Positions 1 to 10,375 of a DNA stretch of 64,000 nucleotides are shown here, one piece after another. Numbering within the stretch: the stretch's first letter is position 1; each line of letters starts with the position of its first letter. Both the position numbers and the translations under genes were made by a program. Under the pieces are notes generated by a model. It searched no databases. It was given only the letters and a program-made list of their open reading frames with translations, and had not been told where the DNA came from. The stretch covers positions 1,088,001 through 1,152,000 of the forward strand of contig OZ252100.1 in NCBI GenBank assembly GCA_965248435.1, written 5' to 3'. The DNA is from Candidatus Latescibacterota bacterium (GTDB lineage Bacteria; Latescibacterota; UBA2968; GCA-2709665).

Positions 1-2
1 TC

Positions 3-728
3 TACATCGTGACAGATGACGATCCGGCTCTGGCACAGGCATGCGCCGACGAGCTCGGGACCTGGATCTTCGAGCGGAGGGCCGACTGGCATTTTGAGAT
101 GCCGACTACGCGGGAGGCCTTGAAGCTGGCCGACGAGAACGGGAAGTTCCCCGTGATCTTTTCTGACAGAGCGGACAACCCTGGCAGTGGCGCCCCGGGT
201 GACAGCACCGGGATGCTCCGTGCCTTTGTCGAAGCCGGTCTCCAGGATGCCTGCATGCTCTACATCGTGGATCCGGAGGCCATATCTCGCTGCCAGGAAG
301 CCGGAGTGGGCGCGACCCTTCAACTCGAAGTCGGAGGAAAGTCATCCCCTCTCCAAGGGGAGCCCGTTGAAATGACGGCGGAAGTCGTGGCCCTGTCGGA
401 GGGCAAATTCCGCTACGGGGGTTCATTCTGGGCCGGGATGGAAGGCAACATGGGCCCCTCCGCGCATATCCGGGAGGGCGGGATTCACGCTATCCTGGTC
501 ACTCAACGCGAGCAGCCGTTCGACACGGCCTTTTCCCGCACGCTCGACCTCGATCCTCAGCAGATGCGCTACATCGGCGTGAAGTCCGCCGCACATTTCC
601 GCTCAGGTTTCGAATCGTGGGCAGGAGCCATCTACCCGGTGAACGAGCCAGGCGTACACAACCCGCCAGGAGGCAAGCTCGCCTTCCACAATCTAGGTCG
701 CAAATTGTATCCCTTCGACGATATCTGA
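3..728 (+). CDS. M81 family metallopeptidase (MlrC-like), C-terminal part, truncated at window edge
   Basis: Motifs 'DRADNPGSGAPGDST' and 'IGVKSAAHFR' typical of the MlrC C-terminal domain; frame is open to the window start. Confidence 0.85.
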   Translation, partial: YIVTDDDPALAQACADELGTWIFERRADWHFEMPTTREALKLADENGKFPVIFSDRADNPGSGAPGDSTGMLRAFVEAGLQDACMLYIVDPEAISRCQEAGVGATLQLEVGGKSSPLQGEPVEMTAEVVALSEGKFRYGGSFWAGMEGNMGPSAHIREGGIHAILVTQREQPFDTAFSRTLDLDPQQMRYIGVKSAAHFRSGFESWAGAIYPVNEPGVHNPPGGKLAFHNLGRKLYPFDDI

Positions 729-740
729 GGGTCATATCTC

Positions 741-1997
741 ATGAAGGAACATTCAGCAGACGTCCTGGTCATTGGCGGTGGCGCTATCGGCGTCTGTTCG
801 GCCTACTATCTCTCTAAACAGGGTCGAAAAGTCCTCCTTGTGGAAAAAGGCGAGATCTGCTCGGGCAGCTCCTACGGCAATTCGGGGCTGATCGTTCCCA
901 GCCACTGCATTCCACTTGCGTCGCCTGGCGTGATCTCCAAAGGACTGAAATGGATGTTGAATCCAGAGAGCCCCTTCCACATCAAACCTCGGTTCGACCC
1001 TGAACTCTTCTCCTGGCTGTGGAAGTTCCGGGCGGCAAGCAAAGAATCCAGGGTGAGGAAGGCGATACCCACCATTCGCGATCTGAGCCTGGCAAGCCTT
1101 AAGCTCTATAAGGAACTCGCTCAAGATCTGGAATTCGGTTTTGAACAAAAAGGCTGGCTCGTGCTCTTCCAAAGCGAAGATGGGCTCGAAAGTGGAAGAG
1201 AAGAGGCCCTCCTCCTTGAGGAATTCGGCCTCAAGGCCCCGATCCTCAGCGTAGATGAAGCTCAGAAAATGCTGGCCGGAAACCGAATTAAGATCTGTGG
1301 GGCGGTATTCTATCCCCAGGACGCACAGCTTCTCCCAGCTCAGTTTGTCAGAGGGATGGCAGTGCTGGCGGAACAAAACGGCGTGGAAATCCACACCGCA
1401 ACTGAAGTGCTCGGCTTTGAGACAGACGGAACAGGGATAACAAAAACTCAAACCACGCGCGGGGATTTCGAAGCTCGAGAGATCGTTTTGGCCGGCGGAT
1501 CGTGGTCACCCGTAATCGCCCGTGATCTCGACATTCATCTGCCCATCCAGCCAGGAAAAGGCTACAGCGTCACGGTGAAATGCCCCCCTGAGAAGCAGGT
1601 CCCCCTCCCGATTTTCTTCGGTGAAGCGAGAGTTGGGATGACACCCATGGGTGACACCCTCAGATTCGGTGGAACGCTGGAGCTTTCAGGACTCGATCTC
1701 TCAATCAACAGGCGCCGCGTAAATGCCATCCTCAATACTGTGCCTAAATATCTGCCCGATCTCGATCCAAGAAGCCTGGAGCTTGTCGAGACCTGGCGTG
1801 GCCTCCGGCCCTGTACGCCGGATGGGCTACCGTTTCTGGGTCGTTCCCCCACTTATGAGAACCTCACCGTAGCCGCCGGGCATGCCATGATCGGGATCTC
1901 CCTGGCCCCGATCACAGGTAAGATCGTCTCTCAGCTCGTGACGGGCGAACAACCCCGGATCGATCTGAACCTCCTTCGCGTCGATCGGTTTTCGTGA
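741..1997 (+). CDS. FAD-dependent D-amino acid dehydrogenase (DadA-like)
   Basis: GGGAIG Rossmann motif, 'SSYGNSGL', 'GKGYS', 'WRGLRPCTPDGLP', 'AAGHAMIGISLAP'. Confidence 0.9.
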   Translation: MKEHSADVLVIGGGAIGVCSAYYLSKQGRKVLLVEKGEICSGSSYGNSGLIVPSHCIPLASPGVISKGLKWMLNPESPFHIKPRFDPELFSWLWKFRAASKESRVRKAIPTIRDLSLASLKLYKELAQDLEFGFEQKGWLVLFQSEDGLESGREEALLLEEFGLKAPILSVDEAQKMLAGNRIKICGAVFYPQDAQLLPAQFVRGMAVLAEQNGVEIHTATEVLGFETDGTGITKTQTTRGDFEAREIVLAGGSWSPVIARDLDIHLPIQPGKGYSVTVKCPPEKQVPLPIFFGEARVGMTPMGDTLRFGGTLELSGLDLSINRRRVNAILNTVPKYLPDLDPRSLELVETWRGLRPCTPDGLPFLGRSPTYENLTVAAGHAMIGISLAPITGKIVSQLVTGEQPRIDLNLLRVDRFS

Positions 1998-2005
1998 GGA
2001 CTAGG

Positions 2006-3229
2006 ATGGAAGAAACGCCCTGCATATGGAATGTTAATGTCGTCGACGTCGCCGCGGGCACGATCCTGCCGGGTCGATCCGTTTACCTTCGGGGCGAAAA
2101 GATCGATTCGATAGCAGATGCTGAGCCCGAGCCGCCTGAAGGCGCCATCGATGCAACCGGGTCTTACCTCTCGCCTGGACTGATAGACTGCCACGTGCAC
2201 TTCTTCCTGGATGCAGGTGATTCTCCGCGGATCAGCTACCTCGAGAGCGACGACGAGACGAAACTACAGTGGGCCAGGACGAACGCGAAGGATGCGATCG
2301 AAGCCGGAATCACGACCACGCGAGACTGCGCAGCGCCGGCTGAGCTTATGTTTGACTTTCAGCGGCGGGTCGAGCGCAGTGAGATCCCTGGACCCCACAT
2401 CATCAGCTGCGGACACGCGTTGATGAGACCCGGTGGCCACTGCCACTTCATGGGAGGGGAGGTCGGAAGCGTCCAGGACGTTCGCCGTCTGGCCGAATAC
2501 CAACTGAAACGGGGGGCCGGATTCGTCAAACTGATGGCCTCGGGCGGCGGATTGACGCCCGGCACGCTGCCACACGAGGCGGACCTCCCCCTGGAGCAGA
2601 TGCAGGAGGCGAAGAAGGTGGCGTGCGAACACGGCGTGCAGATTACTGCCCACTGCCACGCCACGGAGAGTATCGAACGCGCCGTCGAAGTCGAACTGGA
2701 CATGATCGAACACGTGAACTTCGTAGAACCGCCGGGCAGATATCGATTCGACGAGGAGATTGCCAGACGGATTCGAGATCGGGAAATCGTCGTGAGCCCT
2801 ACCGTGTTCAGCGGACTCAAGACCGCGCAGAGGTTTCGGGAGACGGGCGAGTCGCACAACCCCGGCGACGTCGCCGCTGTAGAGCGCCTGGAGGGGCGGC
2901 TCACAAACACGTCACATTTTCATCGCCTTGGGATGAAGATCATCGCGGGCACCGATTGCGGCGCGACGAATACGCCGTTCAATTCCCTTCAGGACGAGCT
3001 CCTGGCCTATGTGAAAGCCGGGCTTTCAAACGTGCAAGCGCTGCGAACAGCGACCTGCCAGAGTGCGGAATTTATGAACTTACGGGAGGTTGGTGAGGTC
3101 AGGGAGAGCTACCGGGCGGACCTTATTCTGTTGGGGGCGAATCCGATTGAGGACCTGAACGCCCTGCGAAGGCCGGCGAGAGTTTTCAAATCAGGAAAAG
3201 TCGTCCATCAGGCGGAAGCGGCGGTGTAA
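2006..3229 (+). CDS. Metal-dependent amidohydrolase (Xaa-Pro dipeptidase-like subgroup)
   Basis: 'PGLIDCHVH' HxH, 'VKLMASGG', 'AHCH', 'IEH', 'AGTD'; alternative GTG start at 1994. Confidence 0.88.
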   Translation: MEETPCIWNVNVVDVAAGTILPGRSVYLRGEKIDSIADAEPEPPEGAIDATGSYLSPGLIDCHVHFFLDAGDSPRISYLESDDETKLQWARTNAKDAIEAGITTTRDCAAPAELMFDFQRRVERSEIPGPHIISCGHALMRPGGHCHFMGGEVGSVQDVRRLAEYQLKRGAGFVKLMASGGGLTPGTLPHEADLPLEQMQEAKKVACEHGVQITAHCHATESIERAVEVELDMIEHVNFVEPPGRYRFDEEIARRIRDREIVVSPTVFSGLKTAQRFRETGESHNPGDVAAVERLEGRLTNTSHFHRLGMKIIAGTDCGATNTPFNSLQDELLAYVKAGLSNVQALRTATCQSAEFMNLREVGEVRESYRADLILLGANPIEDLNALRRPARVFKSGKVVHQAEAAV

Positions 3230-3280
3230 AACGCCAGACCGTATCGAAGCGATTATATCCATCATCAGCAACCGGCAGCC

Positions 3281-4213
3281 TCACAGAGCGACCGGTTCGG
3301 TCATTCCGATCTCCGTTCTAATCTCTTCTACGGCCTCTTTCAGGTGATTCAACGCCTTGACGTCGGAATCGGTCAAGGGATCCCTCGACACCCGACAAAC
3401 GTCCCGAATGCCAAGCCCCAGCAGAGACAAGAATCGTTTGGCACTTATGGGGTATTTGTGCGCGGCCAGGTGCTGCACGAGGCTCAAAAACCGCTGGACT
3501 TTGGCCGCATCCTCCGGCTCCGTAGCAAAGTTGCTGCACAGCCAGACAAACAGCTCAGGGATAAAGTTCGCCCCTATCCCACTGTATCCGTCCCCGCCCT
3601 CCTGAAGTGTGGAGAGCAGATTCGGTGTGTTGGCAAGGTAGAAACTCAGCCGGCTGTTCCGGGTCGTCTCGATCTTCTCCGCGATGAGTTCCATTCTCCC
3701 CGACGTCTCTTTCAGAAACAGGAATCGGCCTGTGGATGCGCACCAGCGAGTATGCTCCGCGTCGAGCACCCTGTGGTAAGGTTTGGGACACTCGTAGAGC
3801 CCCATGGGAATGTCCCCGGTCTGCTCCAGGAGGGCCTCCATATTGGCCTTCCACGTCTGATCCGTCTCCGAGTCGTCGGCGAGCTGGCAGACGATCGCCA
3901 CGACCGCGTCCACGCCTGTATCGGCCATCTGCCTCACGAAATCGGCTTGCTCCTTGGTTTCTCCTCCAAAAGTTCCCGCTGCAACGACAGGAACCCGTTC
4001 GCTAGATCGGGTGACGACTCGGCCTGCAAGCTGCAGACGCTCCTCGTTGGTGAGCTCGTAAATCTCGCTGGACAAGCAAACTGAAAACAGACCCGCCACG
4101 CCTGAATCGATGTACCAATCTGTTAAGCGATCAAGACCTTCCCAATCTATTGTTTTGTCTGAAGAGAATGGCGTCAACATCACAGGCCAAACACCCTTTG
4201 GAAGCTCAGTCAT
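3281..4213 (-). CDS. Dihydrodipicolinate synthase / class I aldolase family protein
   Basis: 'GVWPVMLTPF', 'GLYECP', 'FLKETS' Schiff-base Lys; start taken at MTELPKG. Confidence 0.85.
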   Translation of the reverse strand: MTELPKGVWPVMLTPFSSDKTIDWEGLDRLTDWYIDSGVAGLFSVCLSSEIYELTNEERLQLAGRVVTRSSERVPVVAAGTFGGETKEQADFVRQMADTGVDAVVAIVCQLADDSETDQTWKANMEALLEQTGDIPMGLYECPKPYHRVLDAEHTRWCASTGRFLFLKETSGRMELIAEKIETTRNSRLSFYLANTPNLLSTLQEGGDGYSGIGANFIPELFVWLCSNFATEPEDAAKVQRFLSLVQHLAAHKYPISAKRFLSLLGLGIRDVCRVSRDPLTDSDVKALNHLKEAVEEIRTEIGMTEPVAL

Positions 4214-4368
4214 GAAAAACCCCTTTCGCCAGAATAGATAATTTCCAGATCTCTTCAGACTCGCCCATTCGCAGCATAGCCGCTCTGTGGTGTGAAAGGT
4301 AATATGCCCATTTCCCCCTGTCAATCTCGTCGAGCCCACACGACTCGGGGATCGTTTTGAATTAGATC

Positions 4369-4397
4369 TTGACAGCCCTTTCCGCTTTGCTTATCTT
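4369..4397 (+). promoter_or_regulatory. sigma70-type promoter for tRNA-Thr
   Basis: TTGACA-N17-TATCTT about 40 nt upstream of the tRNA. Confidence 0.65.
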
Positions 4398-4435
4398 TCG
4401 AAATATCTTATAAAAATCTGTTTTTAATCAGGTTA

Positions 4436-4511
<76 letters not shown>

Positions 4512-4514
4512 GCC

Positions 4515-4552
4515 AAAAGGGCCTCTGTCCAAACGGACACAGGCCCTTTTTT
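4515..4552. terminator. Bidirectional intrinsic terminator
   Basis: aaaagggcct..gtcc-aaac-ggac..aggcccttttt hairpin between convergent tRNA-Thr and transaldolase. Confidence 0.8.
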
Positions 4553-4579
4553 GTGCCTTCAATGAATCCTCGCTCGCAG

Positions 4580-5251
4580 CTACGCAATGACTGCGCCGCT
4601 TTCCTGCCTTTCGGACCACGCCCTCCAGTCTGTCAAGAACCGCTCCAGCCCGAGGTCTGTCAAAGGATGGGTCAACAATTTGCTCAGGACGTCGGGTGGC
4701 AGAGTCGACACATCGGCCCCAGCCAATGCTGCTTCTACAACGTGCAGGGGGCTTCTGAGGCTGGCCGCAAGAACCTGCGTCTCGAATCCGTAATTGTCGT
4801 AGATCTGCCGGATCGTTCGGACCAGATCCATCCCGACGTGCCCGATGTCATCGAGCCGTCCCAAAAAAGGACTGATGTAGGTTGCTCCCGCCTTGGCCGC
4901 AAGAAGGGCCTGGTTCGCAGAGAAACACAGGGTTACGTTGGTCCTGATACCCTCTGCGCTGCAACGCTTGAGGGCCTTCAGGCCGTCCAGGGTGATGGGC
5001 AGCTTTACGACGACCTGCTCGTGGATAGCGGCGTGGCGTCGGGCCTCCTCCAGCATTTCCTCCCACTCCGTGGTCACGACCTCAACACTAACCGGGCCAT
5101 CCACCACACCGCAGATTTTCAGGATAATGTCCACGAACGCCCCGTCTTCCTTTGAGATATGCGATGGATTGGTCGTCACCCCATCCAACACGCCCATCTC
5201 GTGGGCCTCACGGATGGCGTCCAGATCTGCAGTATCGATGAAAAATCTCAC
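4580..5251 (-). CDS. tal: Transaldolase / fructose-6-phosphate aldolase (short type)
   Basis: 'FFIDTAD', 'GVTTNPS', 'VVKLP', 'NVTLCFS', '[11 protein letters not shown]', 'LAASLR'. Confidence 0.93.
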   Translation of the reverse strand: MRFFIDTADLDAIREAHEMGVLDGVTTNPSHISKEDGAFVDIILKICGVVDGPVSVEVVTTEWEEMLEEARRHAAIHEQVVVKLPITLDGLKALKRCSAEGIRTNVTLCFSANQALLAAKAGATYISPFLGRLDDIGHVGMDLVRTIRQIYDNYGFETQVLAASLRSPLHVVEAALAGADVSTLPPDVLSKLLTHPLTDLGLERFLTDWRAWSERQESGAVIA

Positions 5252-5306
5252 GACTCACCTCCTTTGCGATGGTCCCCCGCAAACATAGGAAACAGTCCCT
5301 AAAACG

Positions 5307-6350
5307 CTAGAATGCCCGCTCTACGAGAAACTGACACATTTCTCCGAGCACGTCCCTGGCCTCCGAGGCCGATATCCGATTCAGGTGTGTCTCGGCCTCC
5401 CTGGCTTGACGCCAGCACGCATCCTCTGCTCTTGAAATCGAGCCATAACGATCCATAAGCGCGATCATCCACTCGATTTCGTCCTCCGTTGTCTCAGAAC
5501 GGTCACGAGCCAGGATTTCCAGAACTCGGCTTTTCTCGTCCAATGCACACTTGTGGTAGACGTCTATGACCATGAGCGTGCGCTTCCCTTCGGCAATATC
5601 GCCTCCCCGCTCCTTGCCATAGCCGCCGGCCGTCGTCGTAGGTGCAGTGACGGCATCCTCGGCTCGAACAGAGAGGTTAAGGAGGTCGTCCCGGACCTGA
5701 AACGCCACGGCCATCGCCTCGCCAAAATTTCCGATCGCCCTTCTTTGATCTTCGGACGCGCTGGCTATGATCGCCCCGGCCTCGCACGGCCCCCGGCCGC
5801 TGTACCACCCCGTTTTCAGTCGAAGCATCTCCGTGAATTCCTCGACATTCGGAATCTTCTCCGCTCTGATCCACCCGATGTCTAAGGCTTGACCCTCGAA
5901 CGTGAGCCGGGCTCCCCGAATCATCTCCTGAATCAGGTCCAGGGTCCTGTCATCTCCCAATGCCTCGCGATTTTCGGATAAGGCCTCAAAAACCTTCGAA
6001 TACAGCGCATCTCCCACATTGATGCTCAACGGAATGCCGAGGAGTCGATGCAGGCAGGGCTTCCCCCTTCGCATCTCGGACCCATCCTCAATATCATCGT
6101 GAATCAAGGCAAAGGACTGAAACATCTCGAAAGCGGCAGCCGTTCGCATCGCCTTGTCTTTCTCTCCGCCCAACGCCTCGCAGGACAACAACACGAGTGC
6201 TGAGCGAAAGCGCTTCCCTCCCCTGAGGGGATAATCCCGCATCGGCTCATACAGGAAGTTTCGAGGTTCGGCATCCGGCAGGAATGCGAACATCTCCGCG
6301 TCTATCAGCGGCACATTCTCTTCCAGGTAACCCTTTAGTAAGGAATTCAC
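5307..6350 (-). CDS. Polyprenyl diphosphate synthase (GGPP synthase-like)
   Basis: 'GGKRFR', FARM 'FALIHDDIED', 'RRG', 'GQALD', SARM 'FQVRDD', 'DIAEGK'. Confidence 0.92.
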   Translation of the reverse strand: MNSLLKGYLEENVPLIDAEMFAFLPDAEPRNFLYEPMRDYPLRGGKRFRSALVLLSCEALGGEKDKAMRTAAAFEMFQSFALIHDDIEDGSEMRRGKPCLHRLLGIPLSINVGDALYSKVFEALSENREALGDDRTLDLIQEMIRGARLTFEGQALDIGWIRAEKIPNVEEFTEMLRLKTGWYSGRGPCEAGAIIASASEDQRRAIGNFGEAMAVAFQVRDDLLNLSVRAEDAVTAPTTTAGGYGKERGGDIAEGKRTLMVIDVYHKCALDEKSRVLEILARDRSETTEDEIEWMIALMDRYGSISRAEDACWRQAREAETHLNRISASEARDVLGEMCQFLVERAF

Positions 6351-8785
6351 TTTCTAAATCCCCGAACTTTCTTGCGGATCTTGGTCTCAACGCTGGCGGG
6401 CAAAGGTTTGACAGGCACGCTCGACGAAGATACCAGGACAGGTGCCGCCGTATCGACCTCGGCCTCTCTGAGACAGGGCGACTTTGGAACATAAGCCTCT
6501 CTTTCCAGAAGTGCGTGAAGGAGTATCAACGCTGCCTCCTTGTCAGGCACAGTTCCCCTCACACCCCCATCGCCACCTGGAGTCGACGGTGCCCCAACAC
6601 AGGAGGGGCAGCCATCCTCACACGAGCACTCTGATACCACCATCAGACACGCTGTAAGGACCTCCTCCATCATCTCATAAACCTTTTCGGAAAACCCGAT
6701 GCCTCCAGGATAGCGGTCATAAATAAACAGTGTAGAGCGTCCTATGTTCGAGCTATCGATCGTGGCCCCAATGTCAGCAGGATCGCACATTGCAAACAGT
6801 GGAACCACTTCAACCATAACGTTTGCTATGCCCTTCAGACCCTCTACCGGAACCCTGCCGTATCGACGAACGAGACCAGTGGCTTCCCTGGGCGGCATGA
6901 CCCAGCAAGCCGCCGTGTCGAGTGTAATGGGTGGCAGGTCCAGGTTTTCCCAGCCAATGCTGTCTCGATCTTCAAACTTCACTTTCTTGAACATGATAAC
7001 AAGCGTTGTGACAGATACCTCACCAAAGGAGATCCGACTCACTCTCCAATCAGTTTCTGCTTCGGTCTCGTTCACTTTTATGTTTGTTTCGTCTACCGCC
7101 TGAGTGTAGTAGTCTAGCCCCTGCTGGCCAACAAACGCGATCTTGCGGTCTACATCCAGCCGATCTACAAAGTAGGTTTGGGCGTTATGCATATAAACAG
7201 CGTGTGTATGCAGCTGGAAATAGGCACTCACCTCATCCAGTGTACCGATGACTTCCGGCTCCCCATCTCTCTCATCAATAATCGTGAAAGTGGGCTCGCT
7301 GATGTTTCTGAGCCCCACCTCGGCAGCCGGGTAGCCAGACCGGCTGTAGTACCAGCGGCCGTCGAGTTTGTGTGCTTGATTTTCCTCTTCAAGGATCTCG
7401 AGCATGGCACCTGTAAACTCCCCGAACACCTCCCCTTCCTCTCCGCTAACAGGAAGTTCTCGCAGGGCGCATCGAAGGTGGCCGACAGCAACGTGTGGGT
7501 TGGCCGGATCGATAATGGCATGCTCTGGAGACTGACCGAAAAAGTAATGTGAGTTTCGCACGAGAAACTGATCCACAGGTGCGTTGTGTGCGATGAAAAT
7601 GACCAGAGAATTATCGACGTCTCTGCCTGCTCTCCCCGCCTGCTGCCACATGCTCGCTACGGTTCCAGGATAACCCACGATGAGTGCCGCGTCCAAACCG
7701 CCGATATCAATGCCCAATTCCAGCGCATTGGTGCTTACAACGCCCAGGAGTTCCCCCTCGAAAAGCTGTCGTTCTATCTCCCTTCGTTCGCTCGGGAGAT
7801 AGCCTCCACGATACGCCCTGATCGCCGAGGCCAGTTTCGGTCCAATACGAGAAAGATCTTCCTGGCAATAGCGGTAAATTACCTCTGCCGTGACACGCGC
7901 TCGGGTGAACGCAATCGTTTTGACTCGGCTTTCGATCAATCGGGTCAGGAGCTGCCGGGCTTCCGTGTTGGAGCTTCGACGATCGCTGTTACTGCCCTCC
8001 AAGAAAGGCGGGTTCCAAAACACGAAGTGGCGTGGCCCTCTGGGGGACCCGTCATTGTCGATACAGGCCATTTTCCGCCCCGTGAGGGCCTCTGAAAATT
8101 CCTTGGGATTGGCGATCGTAGCCGAACAGCAGATGTACTGTGTCTTGGCCTCATAATGGGCACATATCCGATTCAGCCTGCGGATGACGTTGGCTGCGTT
8201 GGAGCCAAATACCCCACGGTAGGCGTGCATCTCGTCCAGGACCACAAAGCGGAGGTTTTGAAAGAACCTTGCCCATCTGGGATGGTTGGGAAGAATGCCC
8301 TGATGAAGCATGTCGGGATTCGTGAGAATGACCCGACCCTCATCACGGAGAGTGCGTCTCAGGTTGGGGGGCGTGTCTCCGTCGTAGGTCCCGAAAATGA
8401 ACTCCCCCGCGTCGAACCGCCCCAGCGAGCGAGCCTGGTCCTGTGCCAGCGCTTTGGTTGGATATAGATAAAGAGAGGTAGCTTCACTGTCCTGGAGGAC
8501 CGACTCCAGCGTCGGGATCTGGTAGCAGAGCGTCTTTCCGCTGGCCGTGGAAGTCACGAGGGTTACATTCTCACCACCCCGCAGGGCATTGATCGCATTT
8601 GCCTGGTGAGTATAGAGCTGTTGTATGCCGAGCTTTTGAAGGGAGCCGTTAATACGCGGATGCAGAGGTGCCCGGAGGACGTCAAATCGGGCCTCACGTG
8701 ACGGAAGATGCTCAACGTGAACGACCTGGCCGCCGTAACCGTACGCGCTTTGAAGCTCATCTAGGAAGTCTGAGAAATCCATCAA
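6347..8785 (-). CDS. DEAD/DEAH helicase with DUF1998 Zn-binding domain (MrfA/YprA/Hrq1-like)
   Basis: 'TASGKT', 'DEMH', 'SAT', 'QQAGRAGR', C-terminal 'CSCEDGCPSC'. Confidence 0.92.
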   Translation of the reverse strand: MMDFSDFLDELQSAYGYGGQVVHVEHLPSREARFDVLRAPLHPRINGSLQKLGIQQLYTHQANAINALRGGENVTLVTSTASGKTLCYQIPTLESVLQDSEATSLYLYPTKALAQDQARSLGRFDAGEFIFGTYDGDTPPNLRRTLRDEGRVILTNPDMLHQGILPNHPRWARFFQNLRFVVLDEMHAYRGVFGSNAANVIRRLNRICAHYEAKTQYICCSATIANPKEFSEALTGRKMACIDNDGSPRGPRHFVFWNPPFLEGSNSDRRSSNTEARQLLTRLIESRVKTIAFTRARVTAEVIYRYCQEDLSRIGPKLASAIRAYRGGYLPSERREIERQLFEGELLGVVSTNALELGIDIGGLDAALIVGYPGTVASMWQQAGRAGRDVDNSLVIFIAHNAPVDQFLVRNSHYFFGQSPEHAIIDPANPHVAVGHLRCALRELPVSGEEGEVFGEFTGAMLEILEEENQAHKLDGRWYYSRSGYPAAEVGLRNISEPTFTIIDERDGEPEVIGTLDEVSAYFQLHTHAVYMHNAQTYFVDRLDVDRKIAFVGQQGLDYYTQAVDETNIKVNETEAETDWRVSRISFGEVSVTTLVIMFKKVKFEDRDSIGWENLDLPPITLDTAACWVMPPREATGLVRRYGRVPVEGLKGIANVMVEVVPLFAMCDPADIGATIDSSNIGRSTLFIYDRYPGGIGFSEKVYEMMEEVLTACLMVVSECSCEDGCPSCVGAPSTPGGDGGVRGTVPDKEAALILLHALLEREAYVPKSPCLREAEVDTAAPVLVSSSSVPVKPLPASVETKIRKKVRGFRK

Positions 8786-8849
8786 ATGGATCTACGAAGA
8801 AGGGGGTGAAATGCGGAGGGAGAGTCTGTCGCGGGGAACACTGCAGTGG

Positions 8850-8878
8850 AATATAGCCGCGGGATGTTTCAGCGTCAA
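8850..8878 (-). promoter_or_regulatory. sigma70-type promoter for the helicase operon
   Basis: Minus strand TTGACG-N17-TATATT. Confidence 0.6.
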
Positions 8879-9039
8879 CCCATTTCCGAAATATCTCGTG
8901 TTTCGGACCAAGACGCCCAACCCCTTCCGCGTCGAGGCGCACCTCGGTACAGCCCTTCGGGCCTACGCGGTGCGCGCGGGACATCCCCCTCGGCAGGCTC
9001 GGTGCTTCTATATAGGGAAGGGGAGAACATAAAAGACAT

Positions 9040-9073
9040 ATCGCCCACCGGCAGCTTGCTGCCGGTGGGCGAT
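9040..9073. repeat. Perfect 16-bp inverted repeat in a hairpin-rich intergenic region
   Basis: atcgcccaccggcagc-tt-gctgccggtgggcgat. Confidence 0.85.
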
Positions 9074-9252
9074 GCTGGGCGTGTTTCGTGATTCAGCCGG
9101 AGAGTCGTTTTGCACAGGCGGACACCTCGCTAGCCCGCTTCGCGGGCCACTCGCCAAAGGCAGGCCGCCCGTGGACACGTGATCAGGTTTCTCGAACAAC
9201 GAACGACGGCGCTTACGAGATACGCCTCAAAAGATACGTGACGATAATTGTT

Positions 9253-9286
9253 AAAAAAAGAGGCCGCAGCCATGGCTGCCGCCTCT
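9253..9286 (-). terminator. Intrinsic terminator of the lipid/radical SAM operon
   Basis: Minus strand agaggcggcagc-catg..cggcctct hairpin followed by a T run. Confidence 0.75.
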
Positions 9287-9314
9287 CAACTCAAACCCGA
9301 TTGGAAGGATCAGA

Positions 9315-10280
9315 CTAACTCATGGCCAGTTCCTTGAACCGTTCGATGGAAACCGGAACCTGGGACTCACCTCGACATCCATACCAGCATTTCGTACAGT
9401 CCACCTGTTCTTTCCAAGGCTTGTAGTCCGAAAAGTGCTGTGTCACTGGCATTTCTGGGCAGGCCTTCAGGTAGCCGTCCGGAGTGGCCTGAATGAATTT
9501 CCGCCCCGCCTTGCAGTTCTCGACCTGTCCATGTTCGAAGTAATACGGCACCATATCCAGGTAATAGGACGACGACACGACGTTCTTGTAGGTTCCTTTC
9601 AATTCTTTGATCTCGCTGATGACATCCTTAAGTTTCGCCAACCTTTCACGGCCGATAAGGTGCTGAGTGTTTCCATTCTTTAAAGAGGTGTAGGAGCTGA
9701 ACGAGACCTTGATTCCCCACTCGTAGGCCTGCCGAAGGATTCTGGGGATGATATCCAGGTTTTCATCCATGATCACTGTATTCAGCATCACGTTGTCCAC
9801 GCCTACCATCGGGAGCTGGGGAATCAGTTTGGAGAGATGGTCGAAGAGACCCGGAATGCCTCGTTCTCGATCGTGGGCCTCACCTAAATAGTTCATCGAA
9901 ATCGATAACTGGTCCAATCCTGAGTCCCATAGTTCTTTGGCCTTCTCAACGGTAAGCAGCTGGCCGTGCGTAACCATGCCGATGTAGATGAAGAACGTAT
10001 TCTCGTGGATCCGCCGAATCAGATTCGGTAAATCTTTTCGAAGTAGGGGTTCCCCGCCAGTGATGTTTACGACGATCGGCTTGACCTTCTGGACCATTTC
10101 AACGTAGTCGTCCAATCTGGGAGACTTCTTCGTCTTCCAGTAGTCACAGAAGTCGCACTTCGCGTTGCAGAATTTAGTGACCTCGAGGTTCATCAGTCGA
10201 GGCCGTCTCTGCAGGGTAGTCAATCCCAGCTTCAACAGTGCCTTGACTTTCCTCGTTGCCGTGAGTTTCTGAGTTAGCAT
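9315..10280 (-). CDS. Radical SAM protein with SPASM/twitch domain
   Basis: CxxxCxxC 'CNAKCDFC', 'TGGEPLLR', 'CKAG..PDG..KAC', C-terminal 'CTKCWYGC'. Confidence 0.9.
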   Translation of the reverse strand: MLTQKLTATRKVKALLKLGLTTLQRRPRLMNLEVTKFCNAKCDFCDYWKTKKSPRLDDYVEMVQKVKPIVVNITGGEPLLRKDLPNLIRRIHENTFFIYIGMVTHGQLLTVEKAKELWDSGLDQLSISMNYLGEAHDRERGIPGLFDHLSKLIPQLPMVGVDNVMLNTVIMDENLDIIPRILRQAYEWGIKVSFSSYTSLKNGNTQHLIGRERLAKLKDVISEIKELKGTYKNVVSSSYYLDMVPYYFEHGQVENCKAGRKFIQATPDGYLKACPEMPVTQHFSDYKPWKEQVDCTKCWYGCRGESQVPVSIERFKELAMS

Positions 10281-10375
10281 ACAAAATCCCCAAGTTTCAA
10301 TGTACCTTCGACGCCCTCGCTAAGGTGATAAAATAAGACTTATGGCAGGTGGCGTCAAGGAAAACGGCCTCAGGC

